The notes under the pieces: model-generated
The model's database searches: none
The model's input: the letters and a program-made list of their open reading frames with translations, nothing else
What the model was told of the DNA's origin: nothing
In this document: positions 62,505-64,000 of the stretch, piece after piece
How the letters are laid out: the number at the start of each line of letters is the position of its first letter
How positions within the stretch are numbered: the first letter of the stretch is position 1
NCBI RefSeq assembly: GCF_964204645.1
Contig: NC_134026.1
Location: forward strand, 22,416,150-22,480,149
Length of the DNA stretch: 64,000 nucleotides
DNA from: Tubulanus polymorphus
Lineage: Eukaryota > Animalia > Nemertea
Reading direction: 5' to 3'
Program-made: the position numbers and the translations under genes

Positions 62505-64000
62505 TATATGGTCAGAGAAGCAGTCAAACGGGTTCCTGATTTATCGTTATATTTCGTGAGCATAATTTATGCCAGTTTTAAGAGCGAAGTCGTCGTCGGA
62601 AACAATTTCAAACAAACAATATATAAATTCATGACTTCATCATGGAAAACATTGCGGAAAACACTCACTAAATTACCTATTTTCAACAAATTAAGTGAAC
62701 GCTCGCTCATTCATATTTCCATTCTTAATGATACTAGATATTTGAATTTCGTTTATGTAATAAACATATCTTTGTGTCAATTTATTATGCAAAATAAACT
62801 ATAACTATAACTAATGAATTTCGTAAGTAATAGGCGTTTATTCATATTTACGATTGTATTAATTGGATGTTATGATTTCTAAAATTCATATTCGTAGCCC
62901 ATCCGACAACTCAGGCTCCATATACTGAATGTACATTATCAGGTAATAAAGTTCTACAAAAGATATTAATAGAAAAGTATCTAGAGACGAATTCAGCCCA
63001 CATTGGTGGTCGGCAAAACACACTTGGTCGACTTTCCTCTGCGACATAAAACACTGAAATTATGCCTAACTATATCAGATAAATCGATCTGTTTCCAATC
63101 GATAGAATTGACCCAAATGTTGTTCTAAGCCGATACAAGTAATCGTTTTTTAATGGTGACGATCGTAAGTGATCTCTATTTTAATCAGCTTAATATGCGG
63201 CCGCTTTTACCGAAAGAGGTGTACCGCCCGAGGTCGTGTCTGATCCCATAACAGCATGCGCACAATTGAGCCATTTAAAGTTACCAACTATCTGTGACAA
63301 AACTAAAAAACCCACAGCCAGATAGAATAACTTTTGAAACGTTTTGTGATATAGGCAACTTGTTAATACGCGAATCCGGCGCCATATGGATTAATAAAAA
63401 GGTCATTGAAAGATGTGAAATAGGGAAAAAACACATCCCTCGGCATTTCTCATTGGGGACCTATTCTGATTATTTCTGGTTCAGATGGCAAGGGCTTGAT
63501 TCGAGTTGGCTGGGAAAATATTTGTGATGCTAAAATGGCGTTATGACGTCAAATTCCTTGTCGTCAAGACATGATGGAAACGAGAATTTTTTCTCTATGA
63601 AATATGAATTATCGGTGGGTATATTCTAAAGACAAGTTGTTCAGGAATGCGCCGATGTAAAAGAATGATTGTTTCTACGCTCAAATTGGGCACAGAAAAA
63701 TTAGAAAACACATTAAGATTTCCTATGTTATACATGCGTATCGATTATCATATATTTGTATATACTAGGCGATCATAAATTCACTGAACCAGTCTCATCC
63801 TAGCTTTTAAATGAGGAGTTAATTGTAATGCAATGTCGAGTGTTTGGGCGGAAGTATTCGTTTGATGAACGAGGAGCTATTCGATGTCGGACCGTACGCT
63901 TCTCAAACATTAGCCACTTTCTCTTCGTGTATCTGCTATAGCAATAACTTCGTAACGCGAGATCGCTGCCGACACCGTCACATTTGCATGCGTCTACTTG

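Overview
AT-rich eukaryotic genomic DNA from an invertebrate animal. It is probably a spiralian or other marine bilaterian, but the sequence alone cannot fix the taxon. All exon structures below were assembled by eye from splice sites and protein similarity. Positions 1-11 kb are non-coding, with MITEs, a LINE 3' fragment and probable 5'-UTR exons of a minus-strand gene lying off the left edge. Positions 11-26 kb hold a compact housekeeping cluster: TM2D1(+), DDX24(+), LEPROT/VPS55(+) and PAIP1(-). Positions 27-62 kb hold two intact tailless/NR2E1 paralogues arranged tail-to-tail around a ~26 kb gene-free spacer that contains a 5'-truncated LINE. Most notable observations: (1) an apparent single-nucleotide exon (C at 18262, context ttacag|C|gtaagt) that restores the conserved reading frame of LEPROT/VPS55. 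(2) Exon-by-exon mosaic identity between the two NR2E1 copies, from 134/136 nt identical to saturated synonymous sites, suggesting patchy gene conversion. (3) A ~127 bp upstream element shared by both NR2E1 copies that contains the TLX-type AAGTCA site. (4) Two U12-type introns in neighbouring genes: AT-AC in TM2D1 and GT-AG in DDX24. (5) A PAIP1 with two PAM2 motifs, the second on a symmetric 66-nt exon.
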